From Fistulifera solaris (lineage: Eukaryota), in NCBI GenBank assembly GCA_030295235.1, contig AP026144.1:682001-746000 (forward strand): DNA of 64,000 nucleotides, given 5' to 3'. Shown piece after piece: positions 13,101-27,044 of the stretch. The notes under the pieces are model-generated. The model made no database searches and was not told the DNA's origin. It saw only the letters and a program-made list of their open reading frames with translations. The position numbers and the translations under genes were made by a program. The number at the start of each line of letters is the position of its first letter. Positions within the stretch are counted from its first letter, which is position 1.

Positions 13101-16100
13101 GTCGTTACGAAGTCTTCGATGGCATTACAGCTAAACGCTCCAATGACTTGAAAGTTCCGGCAAATTGTTTTGATGGCTTGTTGAGTCTAGTTCCGGTGGA
13201 GATTGTGTCTGAAGCCTATGCCTGCATCGAGCACCATGTCAATGAAGCAGCAGTCTTCGTTGACCAATGGTTAGCATACCAGACACTTTGGGATACTCAA
13301 GTTCCTGATGTAGCTGCAACGGTTGGAACCGATGTGCAGAAATGGCAAATGCTCCTAGCGGAAGCCGCAGACGCTCGCGCGACTCTGGATCTATCAGCTT
13401 CTGTCTCTGATTTTGGTCTGGTCACAGTAAAGTATGGAAAGGTCCAATCTCAGATAAATTTGAAGTACGACTCTTGGCAAAAAGAGTTACAGGCTTCGTT
13501 TGCTACAATTCTGGGACAATGCATCTCCGAAATGCACCGAACAATCACAACTACTAAGACAAAGCTGGAAGAAACGACTCTTGATAGTGCGTCGACGGAC
13601 AACATTGTACTCGGGGTTACATTTATCCAGGAAGTGAAGCAAAAAGTTGGTACTTGGATCAAGGAACTAGATTTGCTTTGCTCCTCCGAGAAGCAGCTTA
13701 GGAAGCAACGCTACTTATTTCATTCGGAGTGGCTTGAAACAAGTGTGCTGAAAGGTCTTTTCGAGAGTCTCATGCAGATTCTAGAGCGTCGCGGCAGAAC
13801 GATGGAGCAACAAATCCCGCTTTTGCAAGCTCGAGTTGCTACTGAAGACAAGTCTGCTTCGAAGCAACTTGCTGAATTGGTTGACAACTGGAACGACGAG
13901 AAGCCACTAAGGGGAAATATGAGCCCTCCGGACGCGATGGAGCTTTTGGCAAGGTATGAAATTGACCTGAACAAGGCACACATCCATCAGGAGAATCTTG
14001 TCAAAGCGAAGGATGCGCTTGGATTGGAGCACATGGTGCAAGCCAATGACGTTGTAGCTGCTTTGAACGAACTGTCTGACCTAAAAGAAGTGTGGCAAGC
14101 GATGATGGAACCTTTCGAAACTTTACAACAGATTAAAGACACACTTTGGTCCAGTGTTGTGACACGCAAAATCAAGCGGGGTCTTGATGACCTTCTAGCA
14201 TCAATGCGTTCACTTCCCAATCGGGTAAGGCAGTACGAAGCTTACACGCACTTGCATGATGCAGTTAAGGACTTCATTGCCGGACATGGACTAATGTCTG
14301 ATTTGAAAACCGACGCGCTGAAAGAAAGGCATTGGAAAATGATCCTCCAGCGTCTTGGAATTTGTATTCCTCTTGCGGATCTGACATTGGGTTTGCTTTG
14401 GGAAAATGGTGTGTTATCGAGAAAGAAAGAAATGAGCGAAATCTTATCCATGGCTCAAGGTGAAATGGCTATAGAAGTTTTCCTCACCCAAGTTCGCGAA
14501 CGGTGGACCAAACACGAACTGGATCTAGTACTTTTTCAGAACCGTACACGTCTCATTCGTGGCTGGGACGAACTCTTTGCCACGCTCGACGACCACATCA
14601 ATGGTCTTTTGCAAATGAAAAGTTCCCCATTCTATCGTGCTGTGAGAGAATTCCAAGAAGAGGGGAAGCTCTGGGAGGACCGTCTTACCAAGCTCCGAGC
14701 TGCATTTGACGCTTGGGTCGACGTGCAAAGGCGATGGGTTTACCTTGAGGGGATTTTATTTGGAAGTTCGGATATCAAGGCGCAACTTCCTGCAGAGTGG
14801 TCTCGGTTCAAGAGCGTAGATACAGAATTTGTTGCTCTGATGAGACGTATTGCAAACAAACCAAATGCAATGGAAGTTCTAAATATTGATAACCTCCAGC
14901 GAACCCTGGAGAGACTAGGAAACGTAATGGGGGTTATTCAACGTGCACTCGGTGAATACTTGACGAAGCAGCGCAGCGACTTCAGTCGTTTTTATTTTCT
15001 TGGTGATGATGATTTGTTGGAAATAATGGGAAATTCTGGCGAACCAGGAAAGGTGCTTGCTCATGTTGGAAAAATGTTCGCCGGTATTGCTGGGGCGCGG
15101 GTTGTTTCGGAAGGACTTCCGGAAAACGTTCGGACGCGCTTGGATGCGATGGTTTCGAAAGACGGTGAGATCGTACCATTCCACAAGCCAATCGATATTA
15201 CGGAGACCACGAATGTCAAGGATTGGTTGAAGGATGTCGAAAGAGGAATGCAGACAACACTGGCACTACTTCTCGAATCAGCGGTCCAAGAAGATGATTA
15301 TACAATCGATACCAGCTTCACAAAAGATAACGCCGAGAAATTTGTTGGATGGGCGACGAAGTTTCCCGCGCAGGTGATGATTCTTGCTACACAGATAAAC
15401 TGGAGCATGGGAGTCGACAAAGCACTTCAGGACCAGAATGTTGAGCGGTCATTATCATCTTTCCTAGCCATGTTGGAATGGAAACTTGAAGTCATGGCCA
15501 GTACAGTCTTGGAAGAATTACCTTTTGATGCGAGAAAGAAGTTTGAACAAATGATCACTGAATTAGTTCGTCAAAGAGACATTGTTCGATCTTTACAAAA
15601 TGAGGGAGTCAAGGATCCAAAAGATTTCCGTTGGCTTTACCATCTTCGATACCGTTATAATCCTGCAGCTGAAAATTTATCGGAGAAGCTGGTTGTTATG
15701 CTCTCAAATGCATCCTTCCAATACGGATTCGAGTACCTGGGCATTGGGAGCGGTTGGTCCAAACGCCACTCACAGATAAGTGCTTTTTGACGCTAACACA
15801 GGCCCTTCATTTTCGTCTGGGAGGAAGCCCATTCGGTCCTGCCGGTACAGGAAAGACGGAGAGTGTTAAAGCCCTTGGAGCTGCATTAGGACGGTTTGTG
15901 CTAGTTTTTAATTGCGATGAAACATTTGACTTCAGTGCGATGGGACGTCTACTTGCGGGGCTTTCGCAAGTGGGGGCGTGGGGATGCTTCGACGAATTCA
16001 ATAGGTTAGAAGAGCGTATTTTGAGTGCTGTCAGCCAACAAATTTTGACCATTCAGCAGGGTCTACTCGGTCGAAAATCAAGTGTCGAGTTACTTGGAAG

Positions 16101-19100
16101 AAGTATATCTTTGCACAGTAACGTCGGTATTTTTATTACGATGAACCCTGGATACGAAGGTCGCAGCAACCTTCCAGACAACCTTAAGAATCTCTTTCGG
16201 TAAGTCTATTGTTGGGCATCATGTATACCTTGCACCAGCGTTGCCTTCTAACCTTTTCCTACAGGTCGATTGCAATGGTGGTCCCAGATCGCAAACTGAT
16301 CGCTCAGGTCATGCTTTACAGCCAAGGGATCGTGACGGCTGAAAGACTTGCAGGGAGAGTTGTGGACTTGTTCTTACTTTGTGAAGAGCGTCTGTCCAAA
16401 CAAAGACACTACGATTTTGGACTGCGTGCACTGAAGACGCTATTAGTGAGCGCTGGTGCTCTTAAGCGCAAAGCACTAGAGGGAAAGGGTAGCCTCTCTG
16501 GCGAAGATCTTGCGAGGGAAGAAGACGCTGCGCTTATAGCAGGAGCTTGTAACAACGTCCTTCCAAAACTTGTCGCTGAAGATATGTCTCTCTTTACTGA
16601 ATTATTGAGTGAAGTGTTTCCTGGTGCTCAGGTCACCAAGATGGAAGACGAAACCGCCCGTGAACACATTGTCGCGGTCTGCAAAGAACATCAGTTTTTA
16701 CCGGAGCCCGTCTTCGTTCAGAAGGTTCTTCAACTTAAACAAGTTATCGACTCGCGTCACGGCATCATGGTGGTGGGAAAGTCTGGTAAATCGGCAGCGT
16801 TGAGAGTGTTGCTCTCTGTTCTCGAAAAACTTGATGCGACCAAAGGTGAGCTGTACGTTATCGATCCTAAAGCAATGAGCAAGGACCGTTTGTATGGTTC
16901 TTTGGACGGAACAACGCTTGAGTGGACGGACGGTGTTGTGACGAGTTTGCTTCGAAAAATCATTGACAATCAGAAGGGCGAGGCTGAACGTCGGCATTGG
17001 ATTGTTTTTGATGGGGACGTCGATGTAAGTACGAGAGATCATTTAGTGGTTCTGTAATATTATGCCTTTCCTAATCTTTTCGTCGTAGCCTGAATGGGCC
17101 GAGAATCTAAATTCGGTACTTGATGATAACAAAATGTTGACATTGCCTTCGGGAGAAAGAATTTCGATTCCTGATAATGTTCGCATTATTTTGGAAGTTG
17201 ACAATCTTTCCCACGCTACACCAGCGACAGTTTCGCGATGCGGCATGGTTTGGTTTAGTGATGATTGTATTTCAACTGAGATGGCGCTCAGTCACATGAT
17301 TGATTCGCTTGCAATAGACAACCTGGTCGAAGGGGTAACACAGAGCGGTGAAATTCCGGCCGCGCAAACACAGTTTATCACGGCAATCAAGCCGTTGATA
17401 CACTCTGGGAGGACCTCGTCTCTTGTTGTCGACGCTCTTGAATTTGCTCTACACGAGAAACACATCATGGATACATCTAGAGACCAACTTTTGAAAAATC
17501 TTCACTCCTTGCTCACCCAGGGGATTAGTCTTGCCGTGGAGTATGACGAAAACCATCCAGACTTTCCTATCACAGGAGAGCACATGGAAAAATTTTCAAA
17601 GCGCTGGATGCTTCACTCATTGCTTTGGGCTTTTTGTGGTAGCGCCTCTTGGGAAGTTCGCAAGAAATTCAGCGATATGCTTGTAAGGACGAGCGGTGTC
17701 ATGCTTCCTGACAGAAATAATTGCGTGTTTGATTACCGTGTTCGTGTTGACAGTGGTGAATATGAACCATGGAGTGATAGTGTACCAAGAATGGAGATCG
17801 AAAGTCACCGTGTTGCATCAAGCGACGTCGTTATTACGACAACCGACACTGTAAGACACTCTGAGGTCTTGGCTGGTTGGTTATCGAAACGTGTGCCTCT
17901 TATTTTATGTGGCCCCCCTGGTAGTGGCAAGACTATGACGCTTACAAGCGTCCTCCAAGCGTTTCAAGGCCTTGTTTTGGCTAGCTTGAACTTCTCTTCT
18001 AGGACCACCCCAGAAATTATTTTGAAGACCTTCTCGCAATATTGTTCCTATGTGCGACGGGGAAAAGACGTTTATCTGGAGCCATCACAAAACCTGGGTG
18101 ACAACACTTGGCTTGTTGTATTCTGCGATGAAATAAACCTTCCTGAAAAAGACTCATACGGGACTCAGCGGGTGATTATGTTCATGAGGCAGCTGGTGGA
18201 ACACGGTGGTTTCTGGAGAAGCGACAACATCTGGGTGAAGATCAATCGAGTTCAATTCGTAGGTGCATGTAATCCTCCCACAGACGCTGGCCGAGTCGCT
18301 ATGTCGCACAGATTTCTCCGCCATGTTCCCGTTCTTCTCGTAGACTTCCCTGCAAAAGATTCGCTATTGCAGATTTACAGGACTTTTAATGGTGGCGTGA
18401 TGAAATTATTTCCTAACCTCAAGGGCGAGACAGAAGCCATGACTGAGGCTATGGTAGAAGTATACCTGGAAAACCAAAAGAAATTCACCCCGCAAATTCA
18501 GCCACAGTACTTCTACTCCCCCCGCGAACTGAGCCGTTGGGTAAGGGGGGGTTTTCGAGGCGGTGAGGAATATCGACCATGGTTTGACAAGAGAAGAGCT
18601 TGTTCGAGTGTGGGCTCACGAGGCCCTTCGGTTGTTTGCCGATAGATTAGTGGAAAAGGCCGACCAAGAGTGGTGCAGCAATAAAATTGACGACGTTGCT
18701 CGAAAGTGGTTCGCCGGAGTCGACTTTGATGTTGCCTTGCAAAGGCCAATTTTCTACACGACGTGGCTAAGCAAGGAAACAAAACAGGTGGACCGAGATG
18801 AACTCAAATCCTTCCTTGCTGCTCGTTTGCGTGTGTTTTACGAGGAGGAGCTTGATGTCCAGTTGGTCGTCTTCGACGAAGTTCTTGAACACATTCTTCG
18901 AATCGACCGTGTACTAAGACAACCTATGGGCCACCTCCTGCTCGTTGGCGACTCTGGTGCTGGAAAAACTGTACTCAGTAAGTTTGTGAGCTGGATGAAC
19001 GGACTCAACATATTCCAAATCAAAGCGCACTCCCGCTATGGAATGGAGGATTTCAATGAAGATCTTCGCTGTCTCATGCGGAGAGTAGGTGTTGAGGGAG

Positions 19101-22100
19101 AGAAGATATGCTTTATTTTTGACGAGGCAAATGTCTTGTCTTCTGGTTTCATCGAGGCTATTAACGCTCTGCTTGCAAGTGGTGAAGTTCCTGGTCTGTT
19201 TGACGGCGAAGATTTCTCGTCTCTTATGACCTCTGTCCGTGACAGTGCACTGCGGGACGGCACGATTCTTGACTCTGAAGAGGAATTATGGCGCTACTTT
19301 ACAGCCATTGTTCAAAGGAACCTCCACGTGGTTTTTACTGTCAATCCAAGTGGAGGTGATTGGAAGAACAGGTCAACAACAAGTCCTGCTCTTTTTAATC
19401 GATGCGTTGTCGATTGGTTTGGGACGTGGGGATCTACAGCGATGGCCCAAGTCGGCAAAGAGTTCACTCTTCGCATTGATATGGGAGATTCTGAAGCTGA
19501 GGGAGGGTCTTGGGGTATGGGAGACGGCGAGGAGCTGATGAAGAATGTAGCCGATGTGTTCGATGGTTCGGGTACCATGAGGCAGGCCGTTGTTGCAGCT
19601 CTTGTAGCCATCCACGAGATTGCTAGGTCGACTGCCGAGAAAGCTGCCAATGAGACACGTAGTATCGCGAGAACTTTTTGTCACCACGTGACTACCTAGC
19701 GCTTATCGAAAACTTTGTTTCCTGCCTCAACAATCGTCGAGAGCAAGTTGAAGATGAGCAGCTTCACGTAAATGCCGGCTTAGAAAAGCTTCGACAAACA
19801 CAGGAAAACGTCGCCGAGCTCAAAAAGGGGCTTGGGGCTAAGACTGAGGAGTTACGTCGGAAGGAAGCGCTAGCGAATGAGAAACTTCAACAAATGGTGG
19901 CCGACCAGAATGTTGCTGAACAGCGAAAGGCCGAAGCGGAACGCATGAGTGCCGCCGTCGAAAAGCAGCAGATTCAAATTAACCAAAGAAAGGAAGAAGC
20001 ACAAAAGACCTTGACGAAGCAGAACCTGCTCTTAGAAGCGCACAAGAGAGTGTGCGCGGAATAAAGAAGCGAGATCTTGACGAGGTACGAAATCTAGCGC
20101 GACCTCCGGCCAACGTGAAATTGACATTGGAATGTATCGCCATCATGCTTGGAGAAAGCAAAGTGGAATGGGCTGATATTCGCAAGGTGCTAAGCAAGAT
20201 TGACTTCATCCCTAGTATTATCAATTTCGACGCTGATAATCTTTCTTTGAAGCAGATAAATCTTGTGAAGGAGCAGTACATAGACGGAAATCCTGATCTC
20301 ACTGAAGAAAGCGTGACAAGGAGTAGCAAGGCGTGCGGCCCCCTTTACAAATGGGCCGAGTCGCAAATAAGATACAGCACAATCTATAATAACATACAGC
20401 CGCTGAGGGATGAAGTTGAAAGATTAGAGCAAGAGGCGTTAATTGCCAAGGAGGAGAAGTCAAAGATTGAGGGCGAAGTGCATGATCTTGAGTCATCCAT
20501 TGCTCAATACAAGACAGACTACGCTAGTTTGATACGTGATGTCGAGGCATTAAAAGCAGAAATGGAAGCGGTCACAACCAAAATCTCTCGTGCGGAAAGC
20601 TTACTTCACAGTCTTGAACACGAGAGCCAGCGTTGGGCGAAAAGCTCAGAGGCATTTCAAACGATCATGAAGAGTCTCGTAGGCGACGGTTTGCTGATGG
20701 CTGGGTTCCTCACCTACGCAGGCTTTTTCGACTTTCATCGCCGATCAAGCATGATGAATCAATGGAAAAAAGCGCTGGATTCACTGGACATTGATTTTCG
20801 CCTTGATCTCGGCATTGTAGAGTCTCTCAGTACAGCATCTCAGCGGCTTACTTGGGAAAGTGAAGGACTTCCAAGCGATGGACTAAGCCTTGAAAATGCT
20901 GTTATTTTGGATCACTCGACAAGATTCCCCCTTATTATAGACCCTTCCGGTCAGGCCATTGCTTTCGTCTTGAAAAAGTATTCGAATGAAAAGATTCAGA
21001 CAACAAGTTTTGTGGATAAGGCTTTTGCCAAAACTCTTGCGAGCGCCGTACGTTTCGGAACAGCGCTCCTGGTTGAGAACGTCGAAACAATCGATCCTAT
21101 ATTAAACCCAATTTTGAACAAAGAACTTCAACGCACCGGTGGTCGAACTCTAGTTCGCATTGGGACAGAGGAGGTCGACTACAGTCCTAAGTTCAGAATT
21201 ATTCTCAGCACAAAGAATCCAGCTGTCCCCTTGACACCAGACCTCTGCTCCAGAGTAACGTTGGTGAACTTCACTGTTACGCCTGACAGTCTTCAAAGTC
21301 AGAGTCTAAGCCAACTTGTTAGGGCTTTGAAGCCGGCCCTCGAATCTCAAAGAGCTGCACTATTGAAGCTTCAAGGTGAACAGAACGTAAAGTTACGTGG
21401 TTTGGAAGACCAAATGCTCTCGAAGATAAGCGCTTGTGAAGGAAGTATTCTAGATGATGATCGGGTCGTCGAAGGAATGGAAATCTTGATGAAAGAAGGC
21501 GCGCAAGTTGAGGAGCAGATTTCTTGCAGCGCTGAAGTCATGAAACAAGTTCACGAAGCCGTTGCTCAATTCGAGCCTTTTTCTTCCTTGTGTCGTAATC
21601 TGTTCATCTTGCTAGAGGCCCTCCGTGAGTTAAGCTTCTTGTACGAGTTCACAGCATCGACATTCATTTCTATCTTGCAACATGTTCTCAGTCAAATTCA
21701 AAGTGGAGGCGACGATGCAAAGGTGCTTGGGGAGCTCAGACGTAGTCTATTTTACGAGACCGTTGCTCGTATCGGCCGCGGCCTTCAAGTTGAAGACAAA
21801 CTTGTTTTTTCTATCCTTTTGGCTCGGATCTTTAAGCACGAAAAGTCCATTGGCGCAGCTTCGGCAAGCTCTTCATCTGACGTGGTCAGAATTATTGTTG
21901 AACAATTCGGCGAAGATTTCCTTTGGCAAGGGCGTGGCTTGAACGACTTTGCCGACGTTATTGAATTTGAAATCAACTCGACAACTCCTCTTCTCCTTTG
22001 CAGCGCACCAGGTCATGATGTTAGTGGAAGAGTCGAGGCCATGGCACGTGAATTGAACAAAGATCTCGACGCCGTCGCAATGGGAAGTGCTGAGTGTTTC

Positions 22101-22931
22101 GATATTTCGGAACAACTTGTATCGGTGGCTGCAAAACGTGGAACATGGGTCATGCTCAAGAACGTACACCTGTGCGCCGACTGGCTCCGCGAATCGTTTG
22201 TAAAAAAGCTTCAATCACTCAGCCCCGCAAATACACATAAAGATTTTCGCATCTTCATTACGAGCGAAATCAATCCGCGTTTACCGACCGGTCTACTTCG
22301 TATCTGTGATACTATCGTTGCACAGGCGCCTACAGGAATGAAGGCTTCCATGACGCGTTTCTTTACCAGCATAGCAAAAGAGCGATTTCACTTACAAGTT
22401 CGCAATCGTCTTTATCTACTGCTGGGTTGGGTCCATGCAGTCATTCAAGAACGTCTTCGCTTCGTACCAAACGGCTGGACCGAGGCCTATGAATTCACCG
22501 AAGCGGACGCACTTCATGCGTTGGATGTAATCGATAGTCTGTTGGAGGATGCGGGTCAATCCCTCGATCCCGAGAAGTTGCCGTGGGACGCTATACGCTC
22601 GACATTACAACGAGGTGTTTTCGGAGGTCGTGTGACGACGCCTCGTGACCAGCAGGTTCTCGATGATCTGATTGCGACCGTTTTTGTTCCGGAAGCATAC
22701 AATGTCAACTTTGTTGTCGTGAAGAGCGAAAACGTCGTATTCCCCGAAACAACCACCCGCGAAACATGTTTGGATTGGATTTCTCACCTTCCGGAGCACA
22801 CACCGCCGACTTGGATTGGCCTGGACGCGAGCGCCGAAGTGGAGCGAGAACAGAGGATGGCCCGATCAGTGAACGCGAAAGTCTCTTTTCTGCAGGAAAA
22901 GTGTGACGGTGTCGATGGCAATGAGAACTAG
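10105..22931 (+). CDS. DHC1: Cytoplasmic dynein 1 heavy chain (~4200 aa); introns 10137..10208, 11704..11770, 16200..16264, 17025..17088; frameshifts near 15745, 18545, 19675 and 20003
   Basis: [12 protein letters not shown] tail, AAA1 GPAGTGKT and [11 protein letters not shown]3 [11 protein letters not shown]4 GDSGAGKT, stalk/[25 protein letters not shown]. All four introns are GT..AG and restore conserved junctions such as DVD|PEW. Confidence 0.97.
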
Positions 22932-23813
22932 TAAAAATTTTTTCTGTTCAAATTGAAACTAAAGTATTTCCTTCAAGTTTAGTTGCATTGAAAGAAAGAG
23001 ATCAAAAAGTAAAGATTGATGTACAAGCCAATCAGGCAGAACACTTGACATTGCCTCGGTTGGATGACGAACTAGCTCTTTCCCTTTTTTGGCGCAAGCC
23101 CAGTTGCAACTCCGACACGGAACCGGGGGGCAAAAGAAACAGAGCAAGGACGTGGCTGGAAACGCAAGTAGAACATTTGCGATTGATGCGGTGGCTAGTT
23201 TCTTATGAAAAACCCGAGTGCGTTGACTTCTCGCTATGAATTTTACAAAAATTACGTCTTTCACGTATTACTCTTTCTTCATGCTATCCGGCTAGTTCTG
23301 CTGAAGACAGCTTTGGCTACCCAGCATAGCTTTTCGACATATCGCTGATCTGCCTAACATTTGTAATTGCGCTTTATCTAATAGATTAGCCGACACGAGC
23401 CGTCTGCTATTATTATTATTTCGAGACCGACACTGGCTCATGATTCGGCTCATGACTCCCAACTCCCTACTCCAACCCCTCATCATCTAATCGAGGATTT
23501 CAAAGACGATTTTGATCTAGTAGTTCAGAGCCGAATAGTTCTGATGCTGGACATTTTACATTTTACATCACAGTTGTCAGCCCGGAGCCGTGACCGTTTC
23601 TTTTTTTTCTCGTTTGACCATGATGGTGGGGCACCTACATCTACCTGGTAAATATTTTTTTGCGAGGAATTTGTTTCATGCAAAAATTGACTAGTCACCA
23701 ACCATTCGAATAATAAACGCTGGTGTATGATGGCATGTTTCGAGGCTAGATCATGATATAACAGAAAGAAAAATTTATTAAAGAGGCGCGACACCGAGAT
23801 CCCCCGACCCGAG

Positions 23814-25357
23814 ATGTCGAGTATTCGCACCAATCGCCCCTCACCTTTCAAGGACTCCTCGAGCATCACCGATATCGAATCGGGCTTTCCGTCTCACAGT
23901 AAGCGGCTGCTTGAGAAAGCAAGAGAGATCTGGGCTCGAAAAGCCGCCACGGCAAGTTCGATAGCCATCGTCGTTTTGCTCGTCGTGGGCGTTTCCTTTT
24001 TTCGTCTCGTCACGACGTGGTCTTGGTCGCAATCACTCTTGTTCGCCATTTCGACGGCCACCAGTGTCGGATATGGTCATATTCATACACCACGAACGAC
24101 TCTGTTTCAGCTCTTTTGTCTCTTTACATATTGGTGGGTTTCGCGCTGCTGGCGTTGGTGGCGGCCCAGCTCTATCAGTACTTCACTCTCGACGATACGA
24201 ACGAAACAGCTGATACTAAGCGACCCATTGATCGATCCTCGCCCACAAATCCTACACGTTCCAAACACAGCGAGATATTCGGTCTCTGGGAAGGAGAAAT
24301 CAAAAAGCATTTCGTCAGACACATCATGAGCGAGCCCTTTCCGTCGGCTTTCCTCTCTTTCTCGTATTCATCATCGGTACGATCGTCATTGGAACCGCTG
24401 AACAATGGAGCTTTCACGAAGCATTGTACTTCGCCGTAGTATCGTCTACATCCGTGGGGTACGGTGATTTTACTCCGAAAACGCCTTTGGGTATTTGGGT
24501 CACGTGCATCTGGTTGCCCTGCAGCATCCTCTTCATGTCCATCAGCATGGGGACGATGGCTCAGTGGTATTTAAAAGATTGGCGGTACAGGACCAGCATT
24601 GTACGGTTTGTCGAAAATTATGCGGGAGGACCGCACGTATTGCCCACGGTACTTTTTATTCGCGGGGGCGCTTCTGATTGGGCAGATCGAAGAATGGACG
24701 TTACTGGAGTCCGTTTATTTTGCGGTGGTGAGTTCCTGTACCGTTGGCTACGGAGATTTTCATCCTAGCACGACCATTGGTATGGTGCTGACTATAATTT
24801 GGCTGCCTTGTAGCATTTTGTCCATCTCGGTTTATATGAGTGTTGTGGCGAGACTATTTCTTCGTTTGACTAGCCAGATCAACGAAGAACTGGACAACTT
24901 TATTCGACGAAGAAGCACCCGTATCGTGTCAGCTTGTGGTGGGGTCATTGTCGTTGCACTCCCGCTACTTAATACATTACTGACGGGTGCTTTACTAGTC
25001 GGGCATGCGGAGCGATGGTCTTTCTTGGAATCCATCTATTTTGCGTTGGTGAGCTCTTTTACAATCGGTAAGACAACGGATGCTATTCCCTCACAGTTGT
25101 AACTGCACTACACACCGTCTGACGATCGCACTTCAATATTGTCAGGCTACGGAGATTATCATCCAAGGACAACGTTGGGCATGGTGTTCACTTGTGCGTG
25201 GTTGCCTTGTAATCTCGTCTTCACTTCTGTCTACATGGGCTCGATTGCACGGTGGTATTTGTCCTTGAGCTCAAAGAAAATACAACGAATTGAAGACCAA
25301 CTACGGCGACATGGATCGGAAGAATCTGAAACAGAAAAAGCTATTTCATCTCCGTAA
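23814..25357 (+). CDS. Potassium channel with four 2TM/P (Ion_trans_2-like) units; intron 25068..25145; frameshifts near 24113, 24357 and 24653
   Basis: Four pore signatures: TATSVGYGH, SSTSVGYGD, SSCTVGYGD, and SSFTIG|YGD split by the intron. Each is preceded by a W-S/T...F-A pore helix. Confidence 0.8.
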
Positions 25358-25579
25358 AAAACCGATTGTAAACGGTGAGATAATTTTCGGAACCAACCAT
25401 AGATACATAGACGAATAATTCTAGACAAGGGTCTCATTCACGACAGTAAAAGTCGCGATGAAGCACTTGCTACCTACTTGCTCTTCGCGAATACATAATC
25501 ACAACTGTCTAATAATTAAATTGATCAGATTGCAGAGCAAATGCAAATTTTAAATCTGCTCAACAAAACAAAGATCTGT

Positions 25580-26221
25580 TTAAGCACAGCATCCTTTCTT
25601 CTTCTTGCCTCCATCGGAAAGAGAGATGGTTTGACCGGCACTCAACGAGCTGCCCGCCGCGGCTTCCTCGGCTTGCATGTTACGGCGTGACATCAGACGG
25701 TAGATTTCAGTCAAAATTCGTTGAAAGGCAGTGTCAACGCCGCTTGCATCCAAAGCCGATGTCTCAATGAAAGCTAGATTGTGCTGTTCCGAGAAGGCCA
25801 TCGCTTCATCCGTTTCTACGGCACGCAAGTGTCGAAGATCGGACTTATTACCCACCAACATGACCACAATGTTGGCTTCCGCGTGATCTCGAAGTTCTTT
25901 CAACCAACGCTCCACATTCTCAAATGTCGGGTGCTTGGAAATGTCATAGACCAACAGAGCACCCACCGCCCCGCGATAGTAGGCAGACGTGATGGCACGG
26001 TAACGTTCTTGTCCAGCGGTATCCCAAATTTGCGCCTTAATCGTCTTTCCCTCTGCCTGAATGGATTTCGTCGCAAACTCAACACCAATCGTCGACTTGG
26101 ATTCCAAGTTAAACTCGTTTCGAGTGAAACGAGACAGCAAATTCGACTTGCCCACTCCGCTGTCGCCGATGAGCACAATTTTGAAGAGGTAATCGTATTC
26201 TTCGTCAACTCGCGATCCCAT
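25580..26221 (-). CDS. RAB11: Rab11-family small GTPase
   Basis: [63 protein letters not shown]-terminal CCA prenylation motif. Confidence 0.97.
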   Translation of the reverse strand: MGSRVDEEYDYLFKIVLIGDSGVGKSNLLSRFTRNEFNLESKSTIGVEFATKSIQAEGKTIKAQIWDTAGQERYRAITSAYYRGAVGALLVYDISKHPTFENVERWLKELRDHAEANIVVMLVGNKSDLRHLRAVETDEAMAFSEQHNLAFIETSALDASGVDTAFQRILTEIYRLMSRRNMQAEEAAAGSSLSAGQTISLSDGGKKKKGCCA

Positions 26222-27044
26222 GGTATTGTATTAGCTGTGTAACTAAGCAACAGAAGCACAGTCAAGAGTGAGGGAATGATAATACTTGGTACAAGAAGGC
26301 AACGGCGAGCCTGCTCGCTCGAATTATACTCGGGTCAACGGCATCGTGGGCGGTCATTCTATTCAATTAGCTCCGTTTCTACAGAAAAAGAGACAGTGAT
26401 TCATGACGTCAACCACGGACACCGTTGAACGGGCGAATTATTTTCCTCTTGAACAACAAGCCATCCCGAAGGCCCCCGCCCCACCATTTCATGACAAGAG
26501 AAACAACGATCGCAATGTGCATTATTTAAAAAGTGAAACTTAAACGACAACTTCCGCATACCTTGATGAAAGAAATAAAGACTACTGCTCGTGAAGTGTG
26601 CGTTGCACGTTTTGCGTTTTGCAACACTCCTGGCGGAACGGAACGGCGAACAGGACGGCCTCTTCAAGTCGTATGTATGAAAAGTGTTAGTCCGTTCCAT
26701 TTCACAGTAAAAGAGCATCAATGAAAATAATAGTACTTTGAGTGACAACAACCGCTCGTTCCGGGACTTCTTTATTTAGTAAATATGATACCGGTACGAT
26801 ATTTTCTCCTTGTCGAACGGTCCTTCACCACATCACTGTGAACAACGGATACTATAAAACTGGCCTTCGCAGCACATCAGAGTCAGTCGTCGAAGCTCCT
26901 TCCTTCGTCGTTCTCATCTTTTCTTTTCTCATTCCAATCCCATCACAAATCCAACAGACGACGCCCTTGTCAACAAGTGCCTTCTATTTCATATAGCCTT
27001 TAGATAGTATTTTGGGTCCAACGAATAAAACTTGAATCGGCGCC

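Noticed and set aside
10105..22931. Dynein, transketolase, PPO, NNT and others as pseudogenes or programmed frameshift genes
   Set aside because: Breaks are single indels in homopolymers with conserved sequence on both sides and no consistent slippery motif, so assembly error is the simpler explanation.
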